Shown: piece after piece, positions 19,041-27,447 of the stretch
Layout: the number at the start of each line of letters is the position of its first letter
How positions within the stretch are numbered: the stretch's first letter is position 1
Notes under the pieces: generated by a model
Told to the model about the DNA's origin: nothing
What the model saw: the letters and a program-made list of their open reading frames with translations, nothing else
Database searches by the model: none
NCBI GenBank assembly: GCA_026004795.1
Contig: BPJV01000001.1
Span: 528,446-592,445, forward strand
Origin: Pirellulaceae bacterium
GTDB lineage: Bacteria; Planctomycetota; Planctomycetia; Pirellulales; Pirellulaceae
DNA: 64,000 nucleotides
Reading direction: 5' to 3'
Made by a program: the position numbers and the translations under genes

Positions 19041-20000
19041 TCAACGAGCAATGGCCGGCTTGTTCGTTGTGCGGTCGGGAGCTGGAATACGCGTTTCCCC
19101 TGCTTCGCTTGAATCTCCCCCCTCGGATCGATCTTCCGCAGCAGCGTGGGCAGCAAGCTGTTCCGAGGCACTGGTAAGAAAGCGACTGACAATCACCGTA
19201 ACGTTGTCGCCCCCTGCCTTCCCTGTGGCGCGTTCGACAAGTCGTTCACCCATTTGGCGCGCGGTCGTATCGCGTCTGAGAACCGATCGAATCTCCTCGT
19301 CCGATAGTTGTCGGTACAGACCATCGGTACATAGCAATAGGATGTCTCCCGGTTCTAGCTGGTGTTCCGTGGTTTCAAGAGTAGCCTCATGGTCGCCTGG
19401 TGACTTTTCCTCCGCCCCTATCGGATAGGGCGTCTTGCCAGGCGACTCGACGTGATCGGTAGGGAAGGTGGAGGGTGAAAGCGCACTTGACCTAGGTGCC
19501 AGCAGGTGGCACAAACCGCCATCGCGAAACAGGTAGCTCCGGCACGTGCCTGCCCCGACCAAAAAGATGCGCGGCCAGAAAAGGTACGCAAGCAGGATGC
19601 TGGCCGGAGAAGACGGTGGGAAATCTGCATCGGTCTCCGCAATCTGCTCGACTCTCTCTTGCGAATCTTCCACAGCCGTGCGCAATTGGCGCTCCAGCGA
19701 TACATCGGTCGAAGTGAGGAAGAAGTAGCGTCGATTGGCGCTGAGCACGCTGGACACGAGGGCGTCGACAGCTTGCTGAGAAGCTCGCTGCGTTTTGCTC
19801 CCGTCGCCGCCATGACCATCGGCCACCACCAACAACTGCCCCATCGAGCTGCCATGCAATCGCGTCTGCGATTCCAGGCTCAAACTTGTCTGGTGTAGAC
19901 GCATAGATTTGTGCAAGTCGGCGACCAGGAACTGATCATCATTGACCGGACAATTCCGCCCGATGGCAGAGCATCCCCAACAATCCATTTTCAAGCGCAT
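19041..20000 (-). CDS. PP2C/PPM-family Ser/Thr phosphatase-like protein
   Basis: NDD, VVADGHGG, LLCTDGL, GGDNVTVI motifs; the GDSR motif is replaced by GTCR. Confidence 0.8.
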   Translation of the reverse strand: MRLKMDCWGCSAIGRNCPVNDDQFLVADLHKSMRLHQTSLSLESQTRLHGSSMGQLLVVADGHGGDGSKTQRASQQAVDALVSSVLSANRRYFFLTSTDVSLERQLRTAVEDSQERVEQIAETDADFPPSSPASILLAYLFWPRIFLVGAGTCRSYLFRDGGLCHLLAPRSSALSPSTFPTDHVESPGKTPYPIGAEEKSPGDHEATLETTEHQLEPGDILLLCTDGLYRQLSDEEIRSVLRRDTTARQMGERLVERATGKAGGDNVTVIVSRFLTSASEQLAAHAAAEDRSEGGDSSEAGETRIPAPDRTTNKPAIAR

Positions 20001-20103
20001 GGTGACCACCTCTCTGTATCCATGGCCATCGCGGCTACCGCGACGAAGATCACAAGGGAGCGACAGGAAAGCGGTGACCGTTGGTTGTTCGCCGGCCGGA
20101 GGC

Positions 20104-20385
20104 TCACGTCTTTACTCGACGACGGGTCAACAGCCCCAAGACCCCGGTAAAAAGGGCGGCACCGATGATGGACCACACCACGGGGAATGTGGTATCCCCC
20201 AATCGCAACGCGAAGACCTCGGGGAGGCCCATCAGCCGAGCTAACCAAGTGCCCAACAACGCTCCAATAAACCCGAGCACGATGGAGATCACACAACCAC
20301 CGCGAGAGAATCCGCTGAGGGCCTGCCCCAAGGCCCCGCAGATGCCGGCTACGAGCAGCAGCATGAAAAACTCGCCGATGGTCAC
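20104..20385 (-). CDS. GlsB/YeaQ/YmgE-family (transglycosylase-associated) stress membrane protein
   Basis: Three TM segments, SIVLGFIGALLG, SIIGA motifs; GAGGAGG RBS before the GTG. Confidence 0.85.
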   Translation of the reverse strand: MTIGEFFMLLLVAGICGALGQALSGFSRGGCVISIVLGFIGALLGTWLARLMGLPEVFALRLGDTTFPVVWSIIGAALFTGVLGLLTRRRVKT

Positions 20386-20444
20386 TGGTTCCTCCTCAAG
20401 TTAGAAATCCTGCGGCAGTGGCTGACGCTTGGGGCGGGGCGAAG

Positions 20445-20621
20445 CTACGGATGCGTCTTGGGGCCCACCGTGGCGATCACCCACACGGCATGAATGATGC
20501 CGGGAAGGTATCCCAATAGCGTGAGCAGAATATTCAGCCAGAACTGCATGCCGAAACCTACCTGAAGAAAGACTCCCAGCGGAGGCAGCAAGATCGCAAA
20601 AAGAATCCGAATGAAATCCAT
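20445..20621 (-). CDS. YqaE/Pmp3-family small membrane protein (58 aa; absent from the ORF track)
   Basis: Manual translation MDFIRILFAILLPPLGVFLQVGFGMQFWLNILLTLLGYLPGIIHAVWVIATVGPKTHP*; AGGAG RBS upstream. Confidence 0.9.
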   Translation of the reverse strand: MDFIRILFAILLPPLGVFLQVGFGMQFWLNILLTLLGYLPGIIHAVWVIATVGPKTHP

Positions 20622-20666
20622 CGTTTTTTCTCCTATTCAGGGAATCGAGTTAACGGTCCGCTGTGC

Positions 20667-21266
20667 CTATTCAGACTGCGAGAAAGAATGCCACAGCGAT
20701 TGGACCACGTGCAATTGACGTAACGCCAAATCGAGGTCTTGGTACTGCCGAAAGATCGATCGCCTCTCGGGGCATTCCTTCATTTGCGATAGGGCCGCCT
20801 CATATTTCGCCTTGACGTAGTTTTCATCGCGACGCATCCCTTGAAGTACGCCACCATCATCACGCACCTGACGCCATAAATTGCGAACGGCCACACCGAT
20901 CCCATCATGGCGCACCGGGGCGATGCCACCGTGATCCCTGGACGATGGCGGTGACATGCTGGCCCGATGCGATGGATCGATGACTTCCGTCGGATGCGAC
21001 TCTCCCGGCCACAGATGCAACTGCTCAGTGCCCTTTCGACATAGAGCCTGCAACTCTAGAGCATGGTGCATTCTCATGCGACCGACGAATTGCACATAGC
21101 GTGCCAAGCGATTCCAATGCACCTCCCCTCCGACACGTGTCAACTCGCGCCAGCTCTCCCAATTGACGTGGACCAATTCACGTACCACCCGAGCCGTATT
21201 CGAGTCGTCCGGGCCCTCGGCGTGGAATTGGTGTTGCTGAATCATGTGATCGTCTCGCACGGTCAT
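20667..21266 (-). CDS. Divergent PA2169/DUF2383-like ferritin-like four-helix protein
   Basis: Helix pattern ...LRNLWRQVR...VLQGMRRDENYVKAKYEAAL...IFRQYQDL resembles that family; AGGGAG RBS before ATG 21266. Confidence 0.5.
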   Translation of the reverse strand: MTVRDDHMIQQHQFHAEGPDDSNTARVVRELVHVNWESWRELTRVGGEVHWNRLARYVQFVGRMRMHHALELQALCRKGTEQLHLWPGESHPTEVIDPSHRASMSPPSSRDHGGIAPVRHDGIGVAVRNLWRQVRDDGGVLQGMRRDENYVKAKYEAALSQMKECPERRSIFRQYQDLDLALRQLHVVQSLWHSFSQSE

Positions 21267-21290
21267 CGGTGTCTCCCTGGAAAAACTCAT

Positions 21291-21306
21291 TGCACTTGCC
21301 GTGCCA
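21291..21306 (-). promoter_or_regulatory. Sigma-54 (-24/-12) promoter at the head of the PA2169-like/yqaE/glsB operon
   Basis: Minus strand TGGCACGGCAAGTGCA with GG-N10-GC spacing, 25 nt upstream of ATG 21266. Confidence 0.7.
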
Positions 21307-21623
21307 TGCGTTCGTAGATCGGTAATTCGCTGGGCAATAGCGAACCGGGAAGCGAACGTGGTCGAATTGCAAGCACACTGATCGTTGGACGATCACTCAC
21401 CTGGTGCTCGCTACCACCGCAAGGCGGATTGGTTCTCACCGCACACTGGACGCGCAGGCCGAGACCGCTTCGATGATTCACCAACGCCGCGGTCCGTTGG
21501 GAAGACTAGGCCCTCACCATCAGGGAGAAATCGTAGTTGGCTCCTTACCATTGCAGCTTTGGCCAAGTATCGTAATTAAGTCGGAACTGAAACGAATCTC
21601 CTGGACCAAGGGAAGATCCACGC

Positions 21624-24600
21624 ATGCATGCCGTTCCCGTCCCTCGACACTCCAACCGCACCACGCATTGGTTGGTCCGCCTATCCTACGTGGCGGCTGC
21701 TTTGCTCGCACTTGGGTTTCAGCTTGCATTGAACCTGGGAGTCATCGGCTCCATTCTTTATTTGCCGGTCGTATGGATCGCCTACCGCACCAGTCGCCCG
21801 AAAGACATCTACGCCGCCGCGGCGGTCGCATCGCTCATGGTGCTGCTCGACGCGTTCTTGAATCCACCGCAACTCTATATGTGGCGGCTGGTAGTCAACC
21901 GAACTCTGGGCCTGTCAGCCATCTGGATGACGGCGTACATGTTTGTTCAGATTCTCCGCTCGCACCAAGAGATCGTCGCGCGGGATCAATCGCGCAGCCG
22001 CATCGTCGAGCACGCCCTGGAGGGGGTGGTATCCACGACCGCCGATGGACGCATCCTGGACTGGAACAAGAAAGCCTCGGAAATCTTCGGGTGGTCGAAA
22101 GCAGAGGTATTGGGTAAGCGCATCATGGACGTGCTGGGATCCAGTGAAGACGACTCGGACCACCCAATACAACATCTTTACAATGCATTGCAACAAACCC
22201 CCGAGGGGACCAACATCCTAGAGTGCAAGAGTCGCCGCAAGAGTGGTGAGGAAATCCTGGTCGAGATCAGCATGGTCCCATTGACCATCAACAATACACT
22301 GCTCGTTACCGGTTTCGTCCGCGACATCACCGATCGCGATGAAATTGCTGCTTACCGCACCCTGATGGCGGCTTTGGTCGACTCCTCCTACGATGCGATC
22401 ATCGGCAAGGATTCCCAGGGGACGATTATCAGTTGGAATGCCGGGGCGGAGAGGATTTTTCAGTACACAGAAGAAGAAGCACTCGGCAAAACGGCAAAAC
22501 TGATTCTTCCTCCGGGATTGCATGAAGAGGAGGAGGAAATCCGTCATGCGTTGGCGAATCGGACCCGACTCGAGCAGTTCGAGACGGTGCGACGCCGCAA
22601 GGATGGCACGTTGCTGCCGGTGTCGATTACGGTGTCGCCCATCCTTGATGACCACGAGCGGTTGTTGGGGTGGTCGTTCATCGAACGTGACATGACCGAC
22701 CGGAAACGGGAACGGGAGGAGTTGCAACGTGCCAAGGAGGCTGCTGAACGCGCCGTGCAGGTGCGCTCGCAATTCTTGGCCAACGTCAGCCACGAATTGC
22801 GTACCCCCATGAATGCCATTATCGGCATGACCGATCTAGCCCTGGAAGAAGAGCTTTCTGAACCAGTACGAGACTACTTGGAAACGGCACGTTCGGCCGC
22901 CCACTCATTACTCAGGTTGCTGAATGACATTTTGGATTTCTCGAAGATAGAAGCGGGAAAGTTTTCCATTGAAGAAGCCCCGTTCAGTGTTCAAGAGGTC
23001 GTGGATGAGACGATCAAGGCGTTGGGGGGGCGTGCGCTGGCCAAGCAGCTCGAATTGATCTGCGAGGTCGATCACCACATTCCGGAAGAATTGATGGGCG
23101 ACGCCTCGCGATTGAGGCAGATCCTGATGAACCTGGTCGGGAACGCCATCAAATTCACCGACCGCGGTGAGGTCTTCGTAAAGGTCCGTTTGGCTCGTGC
23201 CTGGGCCCGAGGCGCCCGGTTGGAGTTTTCGGTCAGGGACACAGGGATCGGCATTCCACCCGATAAGCGCCGCTTGATTCTCCAGCCGTTTACGCAGATC
23301 CACGGCGACACCCATCGACCCCGCGAAGGTACCGGCCTGGGATTGGCAATCACCAGCGAGCTGATCCGTTTGATGGGAGGAAAGTTGACTGTCGACAGTG
23401 AGGTCGAGCGAGGAAGTTGTTTTTCGTTTCGGCTATCGTTCAACCGTCCTCGTCGAAAGTCGGCCAAGTCCAAGAAGCACTTTCCGCTGGCCCCCGTGGC
23501 TGGCCAGTTGACCTTGGTTCTAGACGATTCGCCGGGCATGCGTCAGGCCCTGGGCGAGATTCTCTACGGCTGGTCGATGAACCACTTCGCATGCGGGACG
23601 GTCGAGGAGGCGTTGCGCGCCCTACGGCAGGCGCAACACGGGGGAACTCCTTTTTCGCTGATCCTCTGTGATTTTTCTTTTCCTGGATTGGATTCAGCCA
23701 GCTTCTTGAAGTTGCTCGCCTCCGAATGCGATCTCGCCCCTCCAGTGATATTCATGGTGACCGGCAATTCTGCGACGGGGCAACTTGAGGACCTGTCCTA
23801 TCCCAGTCGTATCGTGTTCACGCCCAAACCAGTGACGCAGTCGGATTTGATGCATGCGATGCTGCGCGCGTTCGATCTTCGCCTTCCTGATCCCGAAGAA
23901 TCCACCGCGCACTTGAAGCGCGGCAGCAGGCTTCTCCCCACGTCCGCGGCGGGCGGATTGAAAGTGTTGCTTGCTGAAGACACGCCGGCCAATCAAAAGC
24001 TCGTCCGCACCGTTTTGGAAAAGCGAGGGCATCGAGTGCATGTGGCGCAAAATGGCGAGGAGGCGGTCGAATCGGCCCGACGCGAAGCGTTCGACCTGAT
24101 CCTGATGGATATCCAAATGCCGATCATGGATGGCATGCAAGCCACTGCCGCCATTCGACAGTGGGAAGAATCGCAACCCAGGTCAACACCAATCGTCGCG
24201 CTTACGGCTCATGCCATGCGCGGCGATCGCGAATTGTGCCTGCAGGCGGGCATGGATGCCTACCTTGCCAAACCGCTGGACGTCGGTGAACTCATTGAAT
24301 TGGTGGAAACCATCGCTCTGGACCCCAAGATGGAACACGACCTTCAACACACCCATGTCCCCTTGGTTGTGGGCGGAGCAAAGCCCAACACCGGCTCCTC
24401 CCACATCGCAACCCCATTACCTGGACCGGCTGCAGAGCACAGCATGTCCACGGCTCCGACCAACAGCCGGGCGGGCAGCAATGAAGGGGCAGGTGCGGCA
24501 CGCGCGGCAGACCAACCGACCGACATCGTGGACATGGAAGGGACGATGCAGCGATTGGGAGGCGACTTGGAACTGTTTCGCGAGTTCGTCCAGTATTTCC

Positions 24601-24869
24601 TCGAGGACTCTCCTCAACTGCTTCGCCAACTACGAACGGCGGGCCATAGCGCGGATGCCGCCACTATCGAACGAGCAGCGCACAGTTTGAAAGGAATGGC
24701 GAAGAATTTCGGAGCCACTCGCTGTGCAGAGATCGCGGCACGCATCGAGGCGGCAGGCCAGGCCGGCGATAGCACCGTAGCGGTCAAACAGGTAGAAGCC
24801 TTGGAACACGAAGTGGCGCGTCTGGCTACGGCGTTGCAGTCCCTGCGAATGCAGCTCAATAACGATTGA
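21624..24869 (+). CDS. Membrane PAS-PAS hybrid histidine kinase with two receiver domains and Hpt
   Basis: N-terminal TMs, two PAS domains, H-box NVSHELRTPMN, N/G boxes (NLVGNAIKFT, DTGIGI, GTGLGL), LILCD and LILMD receivers, Hpt AAHSLKG. Confidence 0.95.
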   Translation: MHAVPVPRHSNRTTHWLVRLSYVAAALLALGFQLALNLGVIGSILYLPVVWIAYRTSRPKDIYAAAAVASLMVLLDAFLNPPQLYMWRLVVNRTLGLSAIWMTAYMFVQILRSHQEIVARDQSRSRIVEHALEGVVSTTADGRILDWNKKASEIFGWSKAEVLGKRIMDVLGSSEDDSDHPIQHLYNALQQTPEGTNILECKSRRKSGEEILVEISMVPLTINNTLLVTGFVRDITDRDEIAAYRTLMAALVDSSYDAIIGKDSQGTIISWNAGAERIFQYTEEEALGKTAKLILPPGLHEEEEEIRHALANRTRLEQFETVRRRKDGTLLPVSITVSPILDDHERLLGWSFIERDMTDRKREREELQRAKEAAERAVQVRSQFLANVSHELRTPMNAIIGMTDLALEEELSEPVRDYLETARSAAHSLLRLLNDILDFSKIEAGKFSIEEAPFSVQEVVDETIKALGGRALAKQLELICEVDHHIPEELMGDASRLRQILMNLVGNAIKFTDRGEVFVKVRLARAWARGARLEFSVRDTGIGIPPDKRRLILQPFTQIHGDTHRPREGTGLGLAITSELIRLMGGKLTVDSEVERGSCFSFRLSFNRPRRKSAKSKKHFPLAPVAGQLTLVLDDSPGMRQALGEILYGWSMNHFACGTVEEALRALRQAQHGGTPFSLILCDFSFPGLDSASFLKLLASECDLAPPVIFMVTGNSATGQLEDLSYPSRIVFTPKPVTQSDLMHAMLRAFDLRLPDPEESTAHLKRGSRLLPTSAAGGLKVLLAEDTPANQKLVRTVLEKRGHRVHVAQNGEEAVESARREAFDLILMDIQMPIMDGMQATAAIRQWEESQPRSTPIVALTAHAMRGDRELCLQAGMDAYLAKPLDVGELIELVETIALDPKMEHDLQHTHVPLVVGGAKPNTGSSHIATPLPGPAAEHSMSTAPTNSRAGSNEGAGAARAADQPTDIVDMEGTMQRLGGDLELFREFVQYFLEDSPQLLRQLRTAGHSADAATIERAAHSLKGMAKNFGATRCAEIAARIEAAGQAGDSTVAVKQVEALEHEVARLATALQSLRMQLNND

Positions 24870-24977
24870 AGCCCGCGTGGCCTACTCGTATTCGTTGCAC
24901 GCCATGCCGTATCGGCTGTCGCGGCTTCGCCTTGCAGGCTTACCACCCCGTTCCGGCGGCACTCATGCTTCCGTCGC

Positions 24978-26439
24978 TTAGTCTTCCTCGTCCTCGGCAT
25001 CACGAACGACATTGTCGACGGCGATGCCGAGAGTTTTCATTTTATGCCGCAAACTGCCACGAGTGATTCCCAGTTCAGTTGCTGCCTTGGACTGGTTGCC
25101 GTGATGTTTGCGCAATATCCTGCTCAACAGGTACCGTTCCATCCACTCCAGGGTTTCCGCATAAATATCCTTCGAATTGGCCGCCTCGCGCCCATCGACA
25201 AAGGAGGCGATATCCGTTTCAGGATTGGGATGGTGTTCTGCTGTTGAGGAGGCCGGGGAACCGTGCGGCTGCCGGATCTTTTCCGGGAGACACTCAGGCA
25301 AAAGGATCGGACCGGTGGCCATGAGCATCGCCTTGCGCAAGGCTCCCTGAAGTTCGCGTATGTTGCCAGGCCACCGATAGGAGAGCAACAAGTCCATGGC
25401 CTCATCGGCAATGGCCGTCACCTGTTTCCCTAGTTCGCGGTTGAATCGCTGGAGGAAGTACTGGATGAGTAGACGAAGGTCGTCTCCGCGTTCGCGCAAT
25501 GGAGGCAAGAAGATTTCGAAGGTATTCAATCGATGGTAGAGATCCAGTCGAAATTCTCCATCGGCAATCATCTGCTCCAGATCGCGATTGGTAGCGGAGA
25601 TGATGCGCACATCGACCTCGATCGTCTCCCGCCCGCCAACCCGTTCGAACTTCTTCTCCTGCAGCACTCGTAACACCTTGCTTTGCGTCAGCGGCGACAT
25701 ATCTCCGACTTCATCTAGGAAGATAGTCCCGTCGTTGCATTGTTCGAACTTGCCGATATGCTGCCGATCGGCGCCGGTAAAGGCTCCTTTTTCATGACCG
25801 AATAATTCGCTCTCGAGCAGCGTGTCGGATAGCGCGGCGCAGTTGACCGCAAGGAAGCAATTGTCACTGCGATGGGAATGCTGGTAGATGGCGCGGGCGA
25901 CCAGTTCCTTCCCCGTTCCACTTTCCCCTCGAATCAGGACCGCCACGTCCTGTCCCGCTACTCGGCCAATCTGTTTATATACCTCAAGCATTTGCGGACT
26001 TCGGCCCACCAGGATATCCCCATCGGCAGGGAGTTCTTCCCCTTCCTGCAAGCGTACTGGAGCCAGCATCAGGCGCCGCGTGTGGAGCCCTCGTTCGACC
26101 AGATCCTGAATTTGCTCGACGCTCAACGGCTTGACGACGAACTCGTAGGCGCCCCGTTTCATCGCCTCGATCGCCAGCCCGCTGTCCTCGACTCCGGTAA
26201 TGAAGATGACCGGCAGCTTGATATCGAATTCGCGGATCTCATTGACCAGTTCGATGCCCCGCCCGTCAGGCAGCATGATGTCCAATAACAAGAGATCGGG
26301 GGACTCCGACTTCATCAACTCCATGCCTTCCGCGGCGCTGCCAGCGGTGAGGAGTTCCGACTGCGCTTCCCTTCCAACGCCCGCTGGACCAATCGCTAGT
26401 ACAGTGCGGTCATCGTCGATCACCAATACTTTTCGACAT
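24978..26439 (-). CDS. Sigma-54-dependent response regulator (REC-AAA+-HTH; NtrC/AtoC-like), with an apparent +1 frameshift at codon 3
   Basis: LLLLDIMLPD receiver, GESGTGKE, GAFTGA, FLDEVGD, WPGNIREL, Fis-type HTH; the SD-preceded ATG at 26439 is one base out of frame with the body (the ORF track starts at TTG 26426). Confidence 0.9.
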
Positions 26440-26532
26440 CCTGTGTGTCCTCACTCCTTCTCATGGGGCAATTTTTGGCGCAAGTGGTAGCATCCATAGG
26501 CGCAGCATCGATGGTTTTAGACGTTAATTCGC

Positions 26533-26548
26533 CGGCACATGATTTGCT
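26533..26548 (+). promoter_or_regulatory. Sigma-54 (-24/-12) promoter divergent from the activator gene
   Basis: CGGCACATGATTTGCT matches GGCAC-N5-TTGCW. Confidence 0.7.
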
Positions 26549-26751
26549 GAAACAGATTCTTGTTAACAACGGAAAGAGACACAACGGGACAAATCCTACT
26601 TACAGCGTTATGGTGATGCTCCGGTGACCGACAAGTTGGTCGATCAGCGGCCAACGGTGGCCCCTCGACGCGTTCATAACGCTGGACTCGGAACTATCAT
26701 ACCGCACTGGAGAGGGGGGCAGATCGTTAAAAGGCTGTATCCGACAACTTT

Positions 26752-26771
26752 TTCGTTCACATTCGTTCACA
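26752..26771. repeat. Perfect 10-bp tandem direct repeat (TTCGTTCACA x2)
   Basis: Read directly in the AT-richer intergenic region upstream of the stress operon. Confidence 0.8.
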
Positions 26772-26835
26772 GAACACTTTTTCCGGGTACGCTTCCTGTT
26801 ACGCGTTCGTGCAAACCTTCCATGCAAATCTCAAC

Positions 26836-26851
26836 TGGCGGGCAAACTGCG
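26836..26851 (+). promoter_or_regulatory. Second, weaker sigma-54-like site ~90 nt upstream of the general stress protein gene
   Basis: TGGCGGGCAAACTGCG, GG-N10-GC spacing. Confidence 0.35.
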
Positions 26852-26940
26852 GGGCGTGAAAGGGCACGGGACCCTGTGATTCACAGCGTGCTGTTTGTCC
26901 ATACATGCACATCCTTTATTGCAACGGAGATAATTGTTCC

Positions 26941-27447
26941 ATGACACGAAAAAATCACGCCGATCACTTAGAATCCGTTCGGCACCTTCGCCAGATCATC
27001 GAAAACGCACCGGTCGTCATGCTCACCACGGTCGACCCGTCGGGAATGCTTTTTTCGCGTCCGATGGTCAATATCAACCGGGAGTTCGATGGCGACTTCT
27101 GGCTATTCACCGAATTCGACGACCCCAAGGCCAACGAGATACGGGCGGATTCGCATGTCAATGTGAGCATTGCCGACATCGACCATGGGAGGTACGCCTC
27201 GTTGTCGGGAACAGCCAAGCTGGTCGAAGATCCCAAACGCGTGGAGTTGCTTTGGACGCCTGAATGTGCGGAATGGTTCCCTGACGGGCCCGAAAACAGT
27301 TCACTCGTATTGATTCATGTCGAAGTGGCAACCGCAGCGTATTGGGACCGCAAACAGGGGGTGATGGGAAAACTGGTGGGGCTGCTTCGCCGAGCCATCA
27401 CCGGAGATACCTCGGAAAGCATTCAACACGAGGTGGTCACCTGGTAA
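26941..27447 (+). CDS. General stress protein, pyridoxamine 5'-phosphate oxidase-like FMN split barrel
   Basis: VMLTT...SRPM, FWLFT, YASLSGTA, WFPDGPE motifs; its stop overlaps the next ATG (TAATG). Confidence 0.9.
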   Translation: MTRKNHADHLESVRHLRQIIENAPVVMLTTVDPSGMLFSRPMVNINREFDGDFWLFTEFDDPKANEIRADSHVNVSIADIDHGRYASLSGTAKLVEDPKRVELLWTPECAEWFPDGPENSSLVLIHVEVATAAYWDRKQGVMGKLVGLLRRAITGDTSESIQHEVVTW

